Assembly (NCBI GenBank): GCA_002737275.1
Contig: NSIG01000005.1
Location: forward strand, 333 to 64,332
Direction: 5' to 3'
DNA length: 64,000 bases
Source: Opitutia bacterium
GTDB lineage: Bacteria > Verrucomicrobiota > Verrucomicrobiia > Opitutales > Opitutaceae
The first letter of the stretch is position 1; every line of letters begins with the position of its first letter. The notes under the pieces are model-generated. The model saw only the letters and a list, made by a program, of their open reading frames with translations, did no database searches and was not told the DNA's origin. Positions 19,295-28,097 of this stretch are shown here, in pieces. A program made the translations under genes and the position numbers.

Positions 19295-20896
19295 ATGAGT
19301 AATCAGAATGTAGATAACGCGCCCCTCGCTGCTAATGCGAAGCGCCTTCTTTGGGCCGGCTTTTGGGCCATCTTCGCGGCCGGCGTCGGTTTTGCGGTCC
19401 GTGGTGGTATTTTTGACAATTGGGGCAAAGAGTTCGGCTTCACGGCCACGCAACTCGGCGCCATCGGCGGTGCCGGCTTCACCGGATTTTGCTTCGGCAT
19501 CATCATTGGTGGTCTGATCGTCGACAAGATCGGCTACAGCAAGCTGGTCTGGGCCGCATTCGCGTTTCACGTCATCTCGGCGTTTGTGACCTTCGCGGCG
19601 TCAACGCCAGAGAACGCGTTCCAGATGCTGACGATCGGTATGTTCATCTTTGCGCTGGCGAACGGCGTTCTGGAAGCGGTCGCCAATCCGTTGGTCGCGA
19701 CACTTTTCCCAAAACAACGCACTCACTATCTGAATATCCTGCACGCCAGCTGGCCGGCAGGTTTGATCGCCGGCAGTGCGGTGGGTTGGATCTTGGACGA
19801 CAAAATGCAGGTGGGTTGGAAGATCCAACTCGCCCTCTATCTCATCCCGACGTTGGCTTACGGCTTGATGTTCCTCGGTCAACATATGCCGAAGTCCGAG
19901 GCGGCCCAAAAGGGCGCGAAGTTCAGCGAGATGTTCAAGGATGTTGGCCTGCTCGGTGCGGCTGTAGCCTGCTACCTTTTGGCGAATTTCGCCTCGGGCC
20001 CGCTCGCGGCGCTGTTTGGGGTGGCGAGCTTCCCTGATTCTGTCGGTTACGCGGTGGCGGGTGTGCTGATGGTAGCCGTTGGGATCGTGACAAAGTTCTC
20101 CTTGGGCTCAGTGCTCCTCTTCTTCCTGTTTATCGCGCACGCCTTGATTGGTGCAGTTGAACTCGGGACGGACGGTTGGATTCAGAATATCACGGGTAAT
20201 TTGTTCACGTCGGAGCAGGGCAAGTTCCTGTTCATTTGGACCTCGGTTATCATGTTCAGCCTGCGGTTCTCCGCTCATTGGATTGAGACCAAATTGAAGC
20301 TCTCGCCGATTGCGCTGTTGCTGGTGTGTTCCATCTTCGGCGTGGTGGGCCTGCAGCTCGCAAGCGTCATGCAGACCTTCACCATGGCTTTGGTCGCGCT
20401 GGGCATCTACGCCGTCGGTAAGACTTTTTTCTGGCCAACGATGCTGGCGGTCGTCGGTGATCGCTACCCGCGTTCGGGGGCGGTCGCGATGTCCGTCATG
20501 GGCGGTATTGGCATGATGTCGGCTGGTCTGATCGGTGGTCCCGGTTTGGGCTACAGCAAGGATCGGTATGCGGCCGAGACGTTGCAGAAGACCGATCCGG
20601 CGGCCTACGAGACCGTGAAGGCCGCTTCGCCTTCGAAGTTCTTCTTCTTGGAACCGGTCTACGCGATCGACGGCACGAAGCTGGCGGCGGCCAAGGAAGC
20701 AGTCGCGGCCAAGACTGCCACGCCTGCGCAACAGGCGATCTTCGCCGCTGACCAAAAGGGCGATCGTCTCACGCTTAAGGCCGACTCTTTTATTCCTGCG
20801 GCCATGGCGCTGATCTTTTTGGCCGTAATGATCTATTTTAAGAGCATCGGTGGTTACCGGGTAGTTAAGATCGAGGAGCAGGACGCGAAGTCCTGA
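19295..20896 (+). CDS. MFS transporter with C-terminal extension
   Basis: 533 aa with about 12 or more hydrophobic segments and MFS-like loop motifs. An extra soluble insert plus a final TM sit at the C-terminus. Confidence 0.8.
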   Translation: MSNQNVDNAPLAANAKRLLWAGFWAIFAAGVGFAVRGGIFDNWGKEFGFTATQLGAIGGAGFTGFCFGIIIGGLIVDKIGYSKLVWAAFAFHVISAFVTFAASTPENAFQMLTIGMFIFALANGVLEAVANPLVATLFPKQRTHYLNILHASWPAGLIAGSAVGWILDDKMQVGWKIQLALYLIPTLAYGLMFLGQHMPKSEAAQKGAKFSEMFKDVGLLGAAVACYLLANFASGPLAALFGVASFPDSVGYAVAGVLMVAVGIVTKFSLGSVLLFFLFIAHALIGAVELGTDGWIQNITGNLFTSEQGKFLFIWTSVIMFSLRFSAHWIETKLKLSPIALLLVCSIFGVVGLQLASVMQTFTMALVALGIYAVGKTFFWPTMLAVVGDRYPRSGAVAMSVMGGIGMMSAGLIGGPGLGYSKDRYAAETLQKTDPAAYETVKAASPSKFFFLEPVYAIDGTKLAAAKEAVAAKTATPAQQAIFAADQKGDRLTLKADSFIPAAMALIFLAVMIYFKSIGGYRVVKIEEQDAKS

Positions 20897-20930
20897 TTTT
20901 GAAAAGCTTCGGGCTTCGGCTCGGAGTCGC

Positions 20931-20966
20931 CAAAAAAGGAGCGGGCATCACGCCCGCTCCTTTTTT
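20931..20966. terminator. Bidirectional rho-independent terminator
   Basis: A6-GGAGCGGGC-atcac-GCCCGCTCC-T7, between the convergent MFS and hsp20 genes. Confidence 0.7.
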
Positions 20967-21047
20967 TGGCCCCGCTGCAAGCGTCGGCCCGCCCGGAGGT
21001 CGCGATAGATCGCAGTCATACCAAAGTCACATGAGATTTGGACTTTT

Positions 21048-21070
21048 GTAGGCTGTCCGCTTGCGGACGC
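21048..21070 (+). repeat. REP-like element (GTAG head + hairpin)
   Basis: GTAGGCT-GTCCGC-tt-GCGGAC-GC, followed by a second palindrome GCCTGC-aa-GCAGGC (21078-21091). Confidence 0.45.
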
Positions 21071-21141
21071 ACCGAGCGCCTGCAAGCAGGCTGCCGACGA
21101 CGGAGGGTCTAAAAACCAAACGGCGCTGGTATTAATCAAGC

Positions 21142-21426
21142 TCAGGCGACGCGACGGAGCGGCGTTTCGGCCTCAGCGGTGGCCCGCTTCGGTAGTCGGA
21201 CCGTGAGCACGCCAACGTGCATCTCAGCGTACATCCCGGGATAATTGAAATCAAGGCGGAGACGCAAGCGAAGCTGATAGTCGCGCTGCGCGCCTTCGAG
21301 GTGAAGGGACGGCCAGTTCACTCGGACAAAGTGGGATTCCCGGGCGGTGATCATAAGGTCGGGCCCGATGGCCTCGATATCGACGCCGGCGGCGTCCACG
21401 CCGGGCGCGTAGACCGACCGCGTCAT
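21142..21426 (-). CDS. Short Hsp20/alpha-crystallin-domain protein
   Basis: 94 aa. VDIEAIGPDLMITARE ... AEMHVGVLTVRLPK fits the alpha-crystallin-domain beta-strand pattern. Almost no N-terminal arm. Confidence 0.55.
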   Translation of the reverse strand: MTRSVYAPGVDAAGVDIEAIGPDLMITARESHFVRVNWPSLHLEGAQRDYQLRLRLRLDFNYPGMYAEMHVGVLTVRLPKRATAEAETPLRRVA

Positions 21427-21870
21427 CGCCTCGGTGAAGTCGCGGCAGTCTTAGTTCGGTTGGCGGAATAGTGCGGCGGTTTGGGCCGAGCGCGGGCGAC
21501 GGGCAGAGCGACGGGAGTTGATGATTGTGTGTTTAGGAAAGGCGGTGGCTGCCTAAAGCTTGGGGCTCCGGGCTGCTCGTTTTGGCCAATGGCTCCGAAG
21601 TTTCGGACGATTCGCCGGAGAAGCCCGGTGTGGGTTTTTGGCTCCCATGGGAGACGACCGGCTGCATCTGGACGCCGGTTTGCGGCCAAGCCTGCGTAAA
21701 CGAAGTGCCGGTGGGGCGGTGGCGATGGGTGGAGGCGCGGGTCATTGGAGTTCTGGGATTTGTGGAAAGACAGCCGGCGGGCCACGTTGGAATCTTTTTT
21801 TGAGAGGGAAGATTGGGCGACGGAGCCGGCGGCTGAGAGCCGAGGTTGCGAGCGGAGAAGGGAGCGCGGG

Positions 21871-21894
21871 AGTCGCGAGCAAGCTCGCTCCCAC
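21871..21894 (-). repeat. REP-like element (GTGG head + hairpin)
   Basis: Minus strand reads GTGGGA-GCGAGC-tt-GCTCGC-GACT, 25 nt upstream of the mazG-like start. Confidence 0.45.
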
Positions 21895-21919
21895 ATTGAA
21901 ATCGCGGCAACTTGGACGG

Positions 21920-22297
21920 ATGAAAGATCCGCTGACCGACGCCACGACCACGATTCAGGAGCTGAAGGGCCGCGTGCTGGAGTTTGCCCGCGAACGGGAC
22001 TGGGAGCAGTTCCATGCGCCGAAGAATTTGAGCATGGCGCTCGCCGCTGAAGCGGGGGAGTTGATGGAGCACTTTTTGTGGAGCACGCCGGAGGCGTCCC
22101 GGGCGGTGATGGACGATCCCGTAAAGCGCGCTAAAATCGCAGAGGAAGTGGCCGACGTGGTGATCTACGCCTTGGAGTTCGCCAACGTCACCGGGCTCGA
22201 TGTGGCGGCGGCGATCGAGGCGAAAATGGCTGCGAATGGGGAAAAATATCCGGTGGCGAAGGCCAAAGGTCGGGCGGAAAAGTATACCGAGCTGTGA
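21920..22297 (+). CDS. MazG-like nucleotide pyrophosphohydrolase (dCTPase-like)
   Basis: 125 aa. FHAPKNLSMALAAEAGELMEHFLW...EEVADVVIYALEFA is the all-alpha NTP-PPase EExxE/D signature. Start at ATG 21920; the upstream part of the track ORF is not protein-like. Confidence 0.85.
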   Translation: MKDPLTDATTTIQELKGRVLEFARERDWEQFHAPKNLSMALAAEAGELMEHFLWSTPEASRAVMDDPVKRAKIAEEVADVVIYALEFANVTGLDVAAAIEAKMAANGEKYPVAKAKGRAEKYTEL

Positions 22298-22435
22298 AGG
22301 GTTTTTGATTCGGAGTCTGGACGGAATCGGGAACCACGGGCTCGGTCGCCGATCGGCGCAAAGCGGCGCCAAGCTTGTCGCCGCTCAGGTGGTGGACAGG
22401 GCCCGCGGCTGGAGGGGGCTCGCCCTGCGGGCGTG

Positions 22436-22461
22436 AAAAAGGCCGCGCTTGGGGCGCGGCC
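22436..22461 (-). terminator. Rho-independent terminator
   Basis: GGCCGCGC-ttggg-GCGCGGCC hairpin followed on the minus strand by T5. Downstream of the DUF5069 gene. Confidence 0.55.
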
Positions 22462-22499
22462 GAAAATCAACGATCGGGGAACGATCCGTGACGGATCGC

Positions 22500-22946
22500 T
22501 CAGGCTTTGCCGCCGTAGCTGATGTAGTCGTCGAGATCGAGCATCTCGGCGAACGAGCGGATGTCGTCGCGGGCGGAATTGTTGCCCTTGATGACGCTGG
22601 CGATCCACTCGTGGCTTTCGGCGCTGCCGGGGCCGACTTGTTCAAGCCACGCGGACCAGGCGATGACCTCAAAGGCTTGGCGCTTGGTGTTGGCGTTGAG
22701 CCAGGTTAGAATTTCTAAGTCGGATTTGCCGCTCTTGATCTCCGCGAGCATGGCTTCCGCGCTTACGTCGGTGAAGGCGAAGAGCAGTTTGTCGACCGGG
22801 CAATCGTAGTGGTAACCGGCGTTCTTGCCGTGGATCTCGGCGCGGGCCTTGTCGAGGAGGCGAGCGAGGTGGGCATAGCCGCCGATGCGAACGCGAATGC
22901 TGCGAGGCGGGTGGATGGTGAGGTCGGGAGCGCTGTAGTTGATCAT
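22500..22946 (-). CDS. DUF5069-family protein
   Basis: 148 aa from ATG 22946. PPRSIRVRIGGYAHLARLLDKARAEIHGKNAGYHYDCPVDK...GKSDLEILTWL matches my recollection of DUF5069. Confidence 0.6.
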   Translation of the reverse strand: MINYSAPDLTIHPPRSIRVRIGGYAHLARLLDKARAEIHGKNAGYHYDCPVDKLLFAFTDVSAEAMLAEIKSGKSDLEILTWLNANTKRQAFEVIAWSAWLEQVGPGSAESHEWIASVIKGNNSARDDIRSFAEMLDLDDYISYGGKA

Positions 22947-22999
22947 GGACGGGGAGTAGTTGTGCGAATCTGCTTTCGCGCAAGCAGCCGTATGATGAA

Positions 23000-23398
23000 A
23001 TGGCGTTCTTTCGCCGCACCCGCATGAAATCCACCAGTGTCGTCCGGAATTACTACGTGCTCCCATGCTGTCTGCTGTTGCTCAACCTCTGCGTCGAGAT
23101 CGTGAGTTATAAGGCAAAGATCTTGGATGATCCGCTCCTTCGGACCGGGGCGATCATGGGGATGGTTTTGTTTGGCGGCTCGCTGGTGGGGTTTGTCTTC
23201 GCGCCGTTGATCGGGCGGGCGGTGGCTTCGATGCAGCGCGGGAGCCGGCAAGGCGGCGGAGACCTGGGTGAGATTGTTTTTCTCCTGCTGCTGGGGGTGG
23301 TGGTTTTCTGGCTCTACTACCGCGTGTATATCATCGGGCCGGAGTCGGTGCTGCCGGCGGAGTGGCACAATTCGGTGCTTAAGAGAATTGTCCGGTGA
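23000..23398 (+). CDS. Hypothetical membrane protein
   Basis: 3 hydrophobic segments. ATG at 23000 or 23024. Divergent from the DUF5069 gene. Confidence 0.4.
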   Translation: MAFFRRTRMKSTSVVRNYYVLPCCLLLLNLCVEIVSYKAKILDDPLLRTGAIMGMVLFGGSLVGFVFAPLIGRAVASMQRGSRQGGGDLGEIVFLLLLGVVVFWLYYRVYIIGPESVLPAEWHNSVLKRIVR

Positions 23399-23463
23399 AG
23401 AGGGCAATTTGCCCGCGAATCACGCGAATCGAAGCGCGTTGAAAAAATGGGCGATGGGGCGCC

Positions 23464-23486
23464 ACCGCTCGGAGAGCGGTCCCTAC
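23464..23486 (-). repeat. REP-like element (GTAG head + 7-bp hairpin)
   Basis: Minus strand reads GTAGGG-ACCGCTC-tcc-GAGCGGT. Confidence 0.45.
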
Positions 23487-23499
23487 CCTTTACCCAGAC

Positions 23500-24030
23500 C
23501 TATGCTTTTGGCCGGAAAGACTTCATGACGTCGGCGTTGGTCTCAAGGCGGGCGGCGCCGATGAGGTCGAGGCAGTACGGGATCGCGGGGAACAGGGCCT
23601 CAAAATTTTCGCGGATGGCCTTGGGGCGTCCCGGTAGATTTACGATGAGCGTGCGGCCGCGGGTGCCGGCGAGTTGGCGCGAGAGGATCGCGGTGGGCAC
23701 GTAGTTGAGCGAGGTTGCGCGCATGAGTTCGCCGAAGCCGGGGAGTTCTTTTTCGATGACGGCGCGGGTGGCTTCCGGAGTGACATCGCGCGGTGCGGGA
23801 CCGGTGCCACCGGTGGTGACGATGAGCCCGCAACCGGAAACATCGGCCATGCGAATGAGCTCGGCGGAAATCACGCCTTGGTCGTCGGGGATGATTTTAT
23901 AATCGAGGTCGAAGGCGGTCGTGAGCCACTCGCGGAGCAGCGCGACGCAGGCTTGGCCGGGTTCGTCGGAGTAGATGCCGGCGCTGGCGCGGTCGGAGAT
24001 GTTAAGGACACCGATTTTTGGAAGGGTCAT
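23500..24030 (-). CDS. mogA: Molybdopterin adenylyltransferase MogA
   Basis: 176 aa. VLNISDRASAGIYSDEPG ... IVTTGGTGPAPRDVTPEAT is the MoaB/MogA signature. Confidence 0.9.
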   Translation of the reverse strand: MTLPKIGVLNISDRASAGIYSDEPGQACVALLREWLTTAFDLDYKIIPDDQGVISAELIRMADVSGCGLIVTTGGTGPAPRDVTPEATRAVIEKELPGFGELMRATSLNYVPTAILSRQLAGTRGRTLIVNLPGRPKAIRENFEALFPAIPYCLDLIGAARLETNADVMKSFRPKA

Positions 24031-24050
24031 TGTAACGGGGGATTTTTAAC

Positions 24051-24078
24051 CACGGATGGACACGGATGGACACGGATA
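24051..24078. repeat. Tandem 10-nt repeat cacggatgga x2.8
   Basis: Perfect copies cacggatgga-cacggatgga-cacggata, in the 59-nt gluQ-mogA spacer. Confidence 0.8.
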
Positions 24079-24089
24079 AAGCCGGGACT

Positions 24090-25058
24090 TCACGCGGGGG
24101 ATGCGGGTGGCGCAGACGGTGCGAAGGCGGAAAATTGGACGATGATGTGCGCGGGAGTTTCGCCCTGCTCGCGGAGGGTGCGGAGGCTGAGAGCGTCGTG
24201 GCGTTTGGCGAGGCGCACGCCGGCGGCGTCGAGCATCAGCGGGGCGTGAAAAAACTGCGGCGCAGGCACGCCGAGGCCGCGGAAAATGAGCAGTTGGCGA
24301 AAGGTGCTTTTCACGAGGTCAGCCCCGCGGACGACTTCGGTGATTCGGAGATCGGCGTCGTCCACGGCGCAGGCGAGTTGGTAGCTGGGCACGCCGTCTT
24401 TGCGCCACACGAGAAAGTCGCCGAAGTCGCGGCCGGCGGTAGCGGATTGGGGGCCGAGGCAGTTATCGTGAAATGTGAGGGTTTCGCCGGCGGGGACGCG
24501 GAGGCGCCAGTTGACGGCGAGCGCGTCGGAGAGCGGCGGGAGCGGGGCGTCGGCGGGCGGGCGGAATTGAGGCGGGTAGATCGGTTCATCATCGGGTGCG
24601 AGCGCGGCACCCTCGTGGGGCGCGCCGAGGGCATCGAGGACATCGCGGCGGGTGCGGGTGCAGGGGAAAATGGCGCCGGCGGCGTGGAGTTGGGCGAGAG
24701 CGGCGCGGTAGAGCGGGAGCCGCGTGCTTTGGTTGATGATGGGCTCGGTCCAGGTGAAGCCTAGCCAACGCAGGTCTTCGAGCATGGCGGCGACGAAATC
24801 GAGGCGGAAGCGGATGGCGTCGAGGTCGTCGTTGCGGAGAAACAAAGTGCCGCCGGCGGCGCGGGCGCGCTCGGCCGCGAGCCAAAACGTGCGGGCGTGG
24901 CCGAGGTGGAGGTGCCCGGTGGGAGAAGGCGCGAGGCGTCCGCGATAGGGTGCGAGTGCGCCGGGCGCGGAGTGCGCCGAGCTGAGAGTTGAAGGTTGAG
25001 CGTTGGGATTCGACAAAGGAGACGGGAGCAGTGCGGAGCTTTGGGTTTGATCTCTCAA
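24090..25058 (-). CDS. gluQ: Glutamyl-Q tRNA(Asp) synthetase
   Basis: RGRLAPSPTGHLHLGHA (HIGH motif), VRLAKRH (KMSKS-like) and truncated GluRS catalytic domain size. Only TTG starts are available (25058 or 25016), so the N-terminus is uncertain. Confidence 0.85.
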   Translation of the reverse strand: MRDQTQSSALLPSPLSNPNAQPSTLSSAHSAPGALAPYRGRLAPSPTGHLHLGHARTFWLAAERARAAGGTLFLRNDDLDAIRFRLDFVAAMLEDLRWLGFTWTEPIINQSTRLPLYRAALAQLHAAGAIFPCTRTRRDVLDALGAPHEGAALAPDDEPIYPPQFRPPADAPLPPLSDALAVNWRLRVPAGETLTFHDNCLGPQSATAGRDFGDFLVWRKDGVPSYQLACAVDDADLRITEVVRGADLVKSTFRQLLIFRGLGVPAPQFFHAPLMLDAAGVRLAKRHDALSLRTLREQGETPAHIIVQFSAFAPSAPPASPA

Positions 25059-25075
25059 CGCTCAACTCTCAGCTC
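24979..25075. repeat. 20-nt inverted repeat bracketing the gluQ start region
   Basis: The left arm gagctgagagttga[aggttga]gcgttg (24979-25005) is the reverse complement of caacgctcaactctcagctc (25056-25075), apart from a 7-nt duplicated unit. Confidence 0.7.
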
Positions 25076-25089
25076 TCAACTTTTTAGCC

Positions 25090-25671
25090 ATGACCAAACT
25101 TCTCTGCGTTTATTGCGCCTCCAGTGACCGGCTTGATCCCAAGTATTATGCGGCGGCGGAGGAGTTGGGGGCGTTGCTGGTGGAGCAAGGGTGGGGGTTG
25201 GTTTATGGCGGGGGTAAGACGGGGTTGATGGGCGCGGTGGCGCGGGCAACCAAGGCGGCCGGCGGGAAAGTGGTTGGGATCATCCCGGAGTTCATGAAGG
25301 TGCGGGAGCTGGCGTTCGACGAGGCAGACGAACTCATTTCTGTGATCACGATGCGCGAACGAAAGTTGCTCATGGAGACGCGAGCGGATGCGTTTGTAAC
25401 GCTGCCGGGCGGCTTTGGCACGCTCGAAGAAATCATGGAGATCCTCACCCTGCGGCAGCTCGATGTGGTGCGGAAGCCGTGCGTGTTTTTGAACCAAGAC
25501 GGGTTTTACGACGACCTCATCCGTCTCTTTGAGAAAATGCTCGCGGAGAAATTCTTCAAACCGGCAAACATGGACCTGTTTCGCGTGGCGCATACGGTCC
25601 AGGAGATATTTCCACAGATTGAGGCGGCAGGAGCGGTGAAGGCGGAGCTGAAGTGGTTTGAGACGAGGTGA
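25090..25671 (+). CDS. LOG-family protein (TIGR00730; cytokinin riboside 5'-monophosphate phosphoribohydrolase-like)
   Basis: GGGKTGLMG and PGGFGTLEE motifs; 193 aa. Confidence 0.9.
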   Translation: MTKLLCVYCASSDRLDPKYYAAAEELGALLVEQGWGLVYGGGKTGLMGAVARATKAAGGKVVGIIPEFMKVRELAFDEADELISVITMRERKLLMETRADAFVTLPGGFGTLEEIMEILTLRQLDVVRKPCVFLNQDGFYDDLIRLFEKMLAEKFFKPANMDLFRVAHTVQEIFPQIEAAGAVKAELKWFETR

Positions 25672-25895
25672 GGCGGAGGGCGGAGATTGGAGATCGGAGG
25701 GCAGAAGACAGAAGTCAGGGCGGTGGACGATTGCTGGGGTGGCGTTGTGAATGAATCTGCTTTTAAGCGGCGGCGGTTTGGGCGACGTCAGCGACAAGGG
25801 ACCAGCCGGTGGTTTTGGCTATGTGGGCGAGGGTCCGGCGGCGGGAGGTGTGATCCGGGCTTTCCCCCGGTGGCGGAACTGGCTTAGTCGGGCGA

Positions 25896-26447
25896 ATGGA
25901 ACGTGGACTGATTTTGGGATTGTTGCGGAGCCATGCGGCGCGGATGAGCGATGCGCATGAGGCGGCGATGGTGGCGGACACGATCGGTTTTATCGAAAGG
26001 GAGCCGGGGTGCTTGTTGCGCGCCTGCGTGCCGGGGCATCTGACGGGTTCGGCTTGGATCGTTGATACGGCGCGGGAGCGGACGCTGCTCACCCACCATT
26101 TGAAATTAGAAAAGTGGCTGCAACTCGGCGGGCATGCGGATGGCGACGGGGATCTGCTCGCGGTCGCGATGCGCGAAGGGAGCGAGGAAAGTGGACTTGC
26201 GCGGCTGCGGCCGGTGAGCGCGGAGATTTTTGACGTTGACCGGCACTGGATCCCGGCCCGGAAGGCGGACCCGGCGCACTGGCACTACGATGTGCGGTTC
26301 ATGATCGAGGCGGACCCGAGCGAGCCGCTGGTGCGCGCCGTGAACGAGTCGAAGGAACTCGCGTGGGTGCCGGTAAACGGGGTGACCGCGCTGAACCCGG
26401 AAGAGTCGATGGCGCGGATGGTGCGGAAGACGGTGGAGCGGGGTTGA
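25896..26447 (+). CDS. NUDIX hydrolase
   Basis: Nudix box GGHADGDGDLLAVAMREGSEESGL. Confidence 0.8.
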   Translation: MERGLILGLLRSHAARMSDAHEAAMVADTIGFIEREPGCLLRACVPGHLTGSAWIVDTARERTLLTHHLKLEKWLQLGGHADGDGDLLAVAMREGSEESGLARLRPVSAEIFDVDRHWIPARKADPAHWHYDVRFMIEADPSEPLVRAVNESKELAWVPVNGVTALNPEESMARMVRKTVERG

Positions 26448-26484
26448 AACAGTCCGCGACGAGGGCGTCGCGGCTCCAGAAGCA

Positions 26485-27654
26485 TCAGGAGAGACCGCGC
26501 ATCTGGCGGCGGGCGAGCCAAGGGTCGACTTTGGTGATGAGAAAACGGGCCCACGAACCGCGGAGGCGGGTGAGCCACGTGCGGGTTTTCTTCCAATCGG
26601 AGTAGGTGATGGCGCGTGAGTGCTTGAGATCCCGGTCGAAGTCGGCGGCGGCTGCGGCTGCGAGGGCCGCGTCGCGCAGGTGGACGGTGAGTTCGTAATT
26701 GATGGCGAGGGAGCGCGCGTCGAGGTTCGCGGAGCCGACGAACAGGGTATCGTCCACGAGCGCGAGCTTGGTGTGGAGAACCTGCGGTTGATATTCCCAG
26801 ATGCGGATGCCGGCCTTAAGTAGTGCACCGTACAGGGAGCGCGCGGCCAGTTGGGCGAGGGGCACGTCGGTGGGGCCGGCGAGCAGAAGCTCGACCGTGC
26901 CGCCGCGGCGGGCGACGCTGCGCAGGGCGCGACGCAGGCGGAAACTGGGCGCGAAGTAGGCCGAGGCGATGCGGACGTGGCGCGCGGATTTCAACAGTCG
27001 GAGCAATTGGCGGCTGAATTCGTTGCGGACCAGGTGGGGGCCGCTGCAGAGCACGGGACCCACCTCGTCGGTGCGGTGCCGCGGCGGATTATTCCGGCGG
27101 GGGATGCGACGGAGCAGCCACGGGCGAAGCTCATGGGCGGCAAACATCTCGTCGAAGGCCGTGACGAGCGAGCGGATGGCGGCGGGGTCGGTGAGCTCAA
27201 GGCCGAGATCGCGCCAGCCGGAGGTGACGCCGTCGCCGTCGTATTCGGCAGCGATGTTGAAGCCGCCGGTGATCGCGATGGCATCGTCGACGATGAAAAT
27301 TTTGCGATGATCCCGGATGGAAAAATGGCGGAGACTGATCGGGTTGAAAACCCGGACGGTACCGCCGGCATTTTCCAGTTCTTGCCAGTAGCCCGCGGGC
27401 AAGGACGAGGAGCCGACCCCGTCGATTAGGACGTGGACCCGGACGCCGCGGGCGGCGGCGCGGGCGAACGCGGCCCGAAAACGGTGGGCAACGGGGTCGT
27501 TGCCCCAGATGTAGATTTCGCAGCGGATAGAGGTTCGGGCGGCGCCGGTGAGCGCGAGGATCCGGGCGAAGGCGGCGGTGCCGGTCGGTAGCCAATGGGC
27601 GGCGGCGCGGGTCGAGCGGGAGCGGGACGTGGAGGAGTCGCGGAGCACGGGCAA
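26485..27654 (-). CDS. Phospholipase D / cardiolipin synthase-like protein (two HKD motifs)
   Basis: HRKIFIVDD and HTKLALVDD...GSANLD motifs. Start is TTG at 27654 or GTG at 27648. Confidence 0.85.
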   Translation of the reverse strand: MPVLRDSSTSRSRSTRAAAHWLPTGTAAFARILALTGAARTSIRCEIYIWGNDPVAHRFRAAFARAAARGVRVHVLIDGVGSSSLPAGYWQELENAGGTVRVFNPISLRHFSIRDHRKIFIVDDAIAITGGFNIAAEYDGDGVTSGWRDLGLELTDPAAIRSLVTAFDEMFAAHELRPWLLRRIPRRNNPPRHRTDEVGPVLCSGPHLVRNEFSRQLLRLLKSARHVRIASAYFAPSFRLRRALRSVARRGGTVELLLAGPTDVPLAQLAARSLYGALLKAGIRIWEYQPQVLHTKLALVDDTLFVGSANLDARSLAINYELTVHLRDAALAAAAAADFDRDLKHSRAITYSDWKKTRTWLTRLRGSWARFLITKVDPWLARRQMRGLS

Positions 27655-27661
27655 AGGGAAC

Positions 27662-28081
27662 GTGAGCGTGGTGCGGAGTTGCGCCCGAAGGAAATCAAAA
27701 GGGTCGCAATCGGGCGCCGGAGGCGTCGGGCTGCGCGGGATTACGACTCATCCCGATCTCCCGTTGTGCGCCGGTTGCGGGCGTTGCTGTCACTTGGTGG
27801 TGGAATTGCGCGCGGGGGATGTGGTGGAGGCGGCGTTGACGACCGAGCACGAAGGCGTGCGCTGCATGGATCAACGGGGCGACGGAGCGTGTGTGGCGCT
27901 GGATGCGGCGACGATGCTCTGTACGATCTACGAGACGCGGCCGCAGACGTGCCGGGACTTTAACCGAGGAGAGACCCTGTGTCGGGCGGTGTTGGCGCGG
28001 GCGGCGGCGAGGCGGGAACGGTTGAATTTGGGCATAAAGAAGGCGGGGACCTTTTGTCCCCGCCGCGGCAGTGCGATTTGA
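27662..28081 (+). CDS. YkgJ-family cysteine-cluster protein
   Basis: CAGCGRCC plus a downstream C...C...C pattern (CVALD, CTIYETRPQTCRDF). No ATG is available. The GTG at 27662-27671 is chosen so as not to overlap the divergent PLD gene; start uncertain. Confidence 0.6.
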   Translation: MSVVRSCARRKSKGSQSGAGGVGLRGITTHPDLPLCAGCGRCCHLVVELRAGDVVEAALTTEHEGVRCMDQRGDGACVALDAATMLCTIYETRPQTCRDFNRGETLCRAVLARAAARRERLNLGIKKAGTFCPRRGSAI

Positions 28082-28097
28082 CCTGCGGAAAAATTGA

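Noticed and set aside
20948-21139. 63-aa minus ORF between the MFS terminator and hsp20.
   Set aside because: It overlaps the bidirectional terminator and a REP-like hairpin, has poor codon usage, and has no start context like other genes here.
21560-21919. N-terminal 120 codons of the track ORF that ends as the mazG-like gene.
   Set aside because: The translation is Arg/Gly-rich and unlike any MazG N-terminus. The conserved domain begins right at ATG 21920, so the upstream part was treated as non-coding.
24051-24078. Possible CRISPR-like array (perfect 10-nt tandem repeats).
   Set aside because: The units are only 10 nt, directly abutting, with no spacers. No cas genes occur in the window. 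It is reported as a tandem repeat instead.
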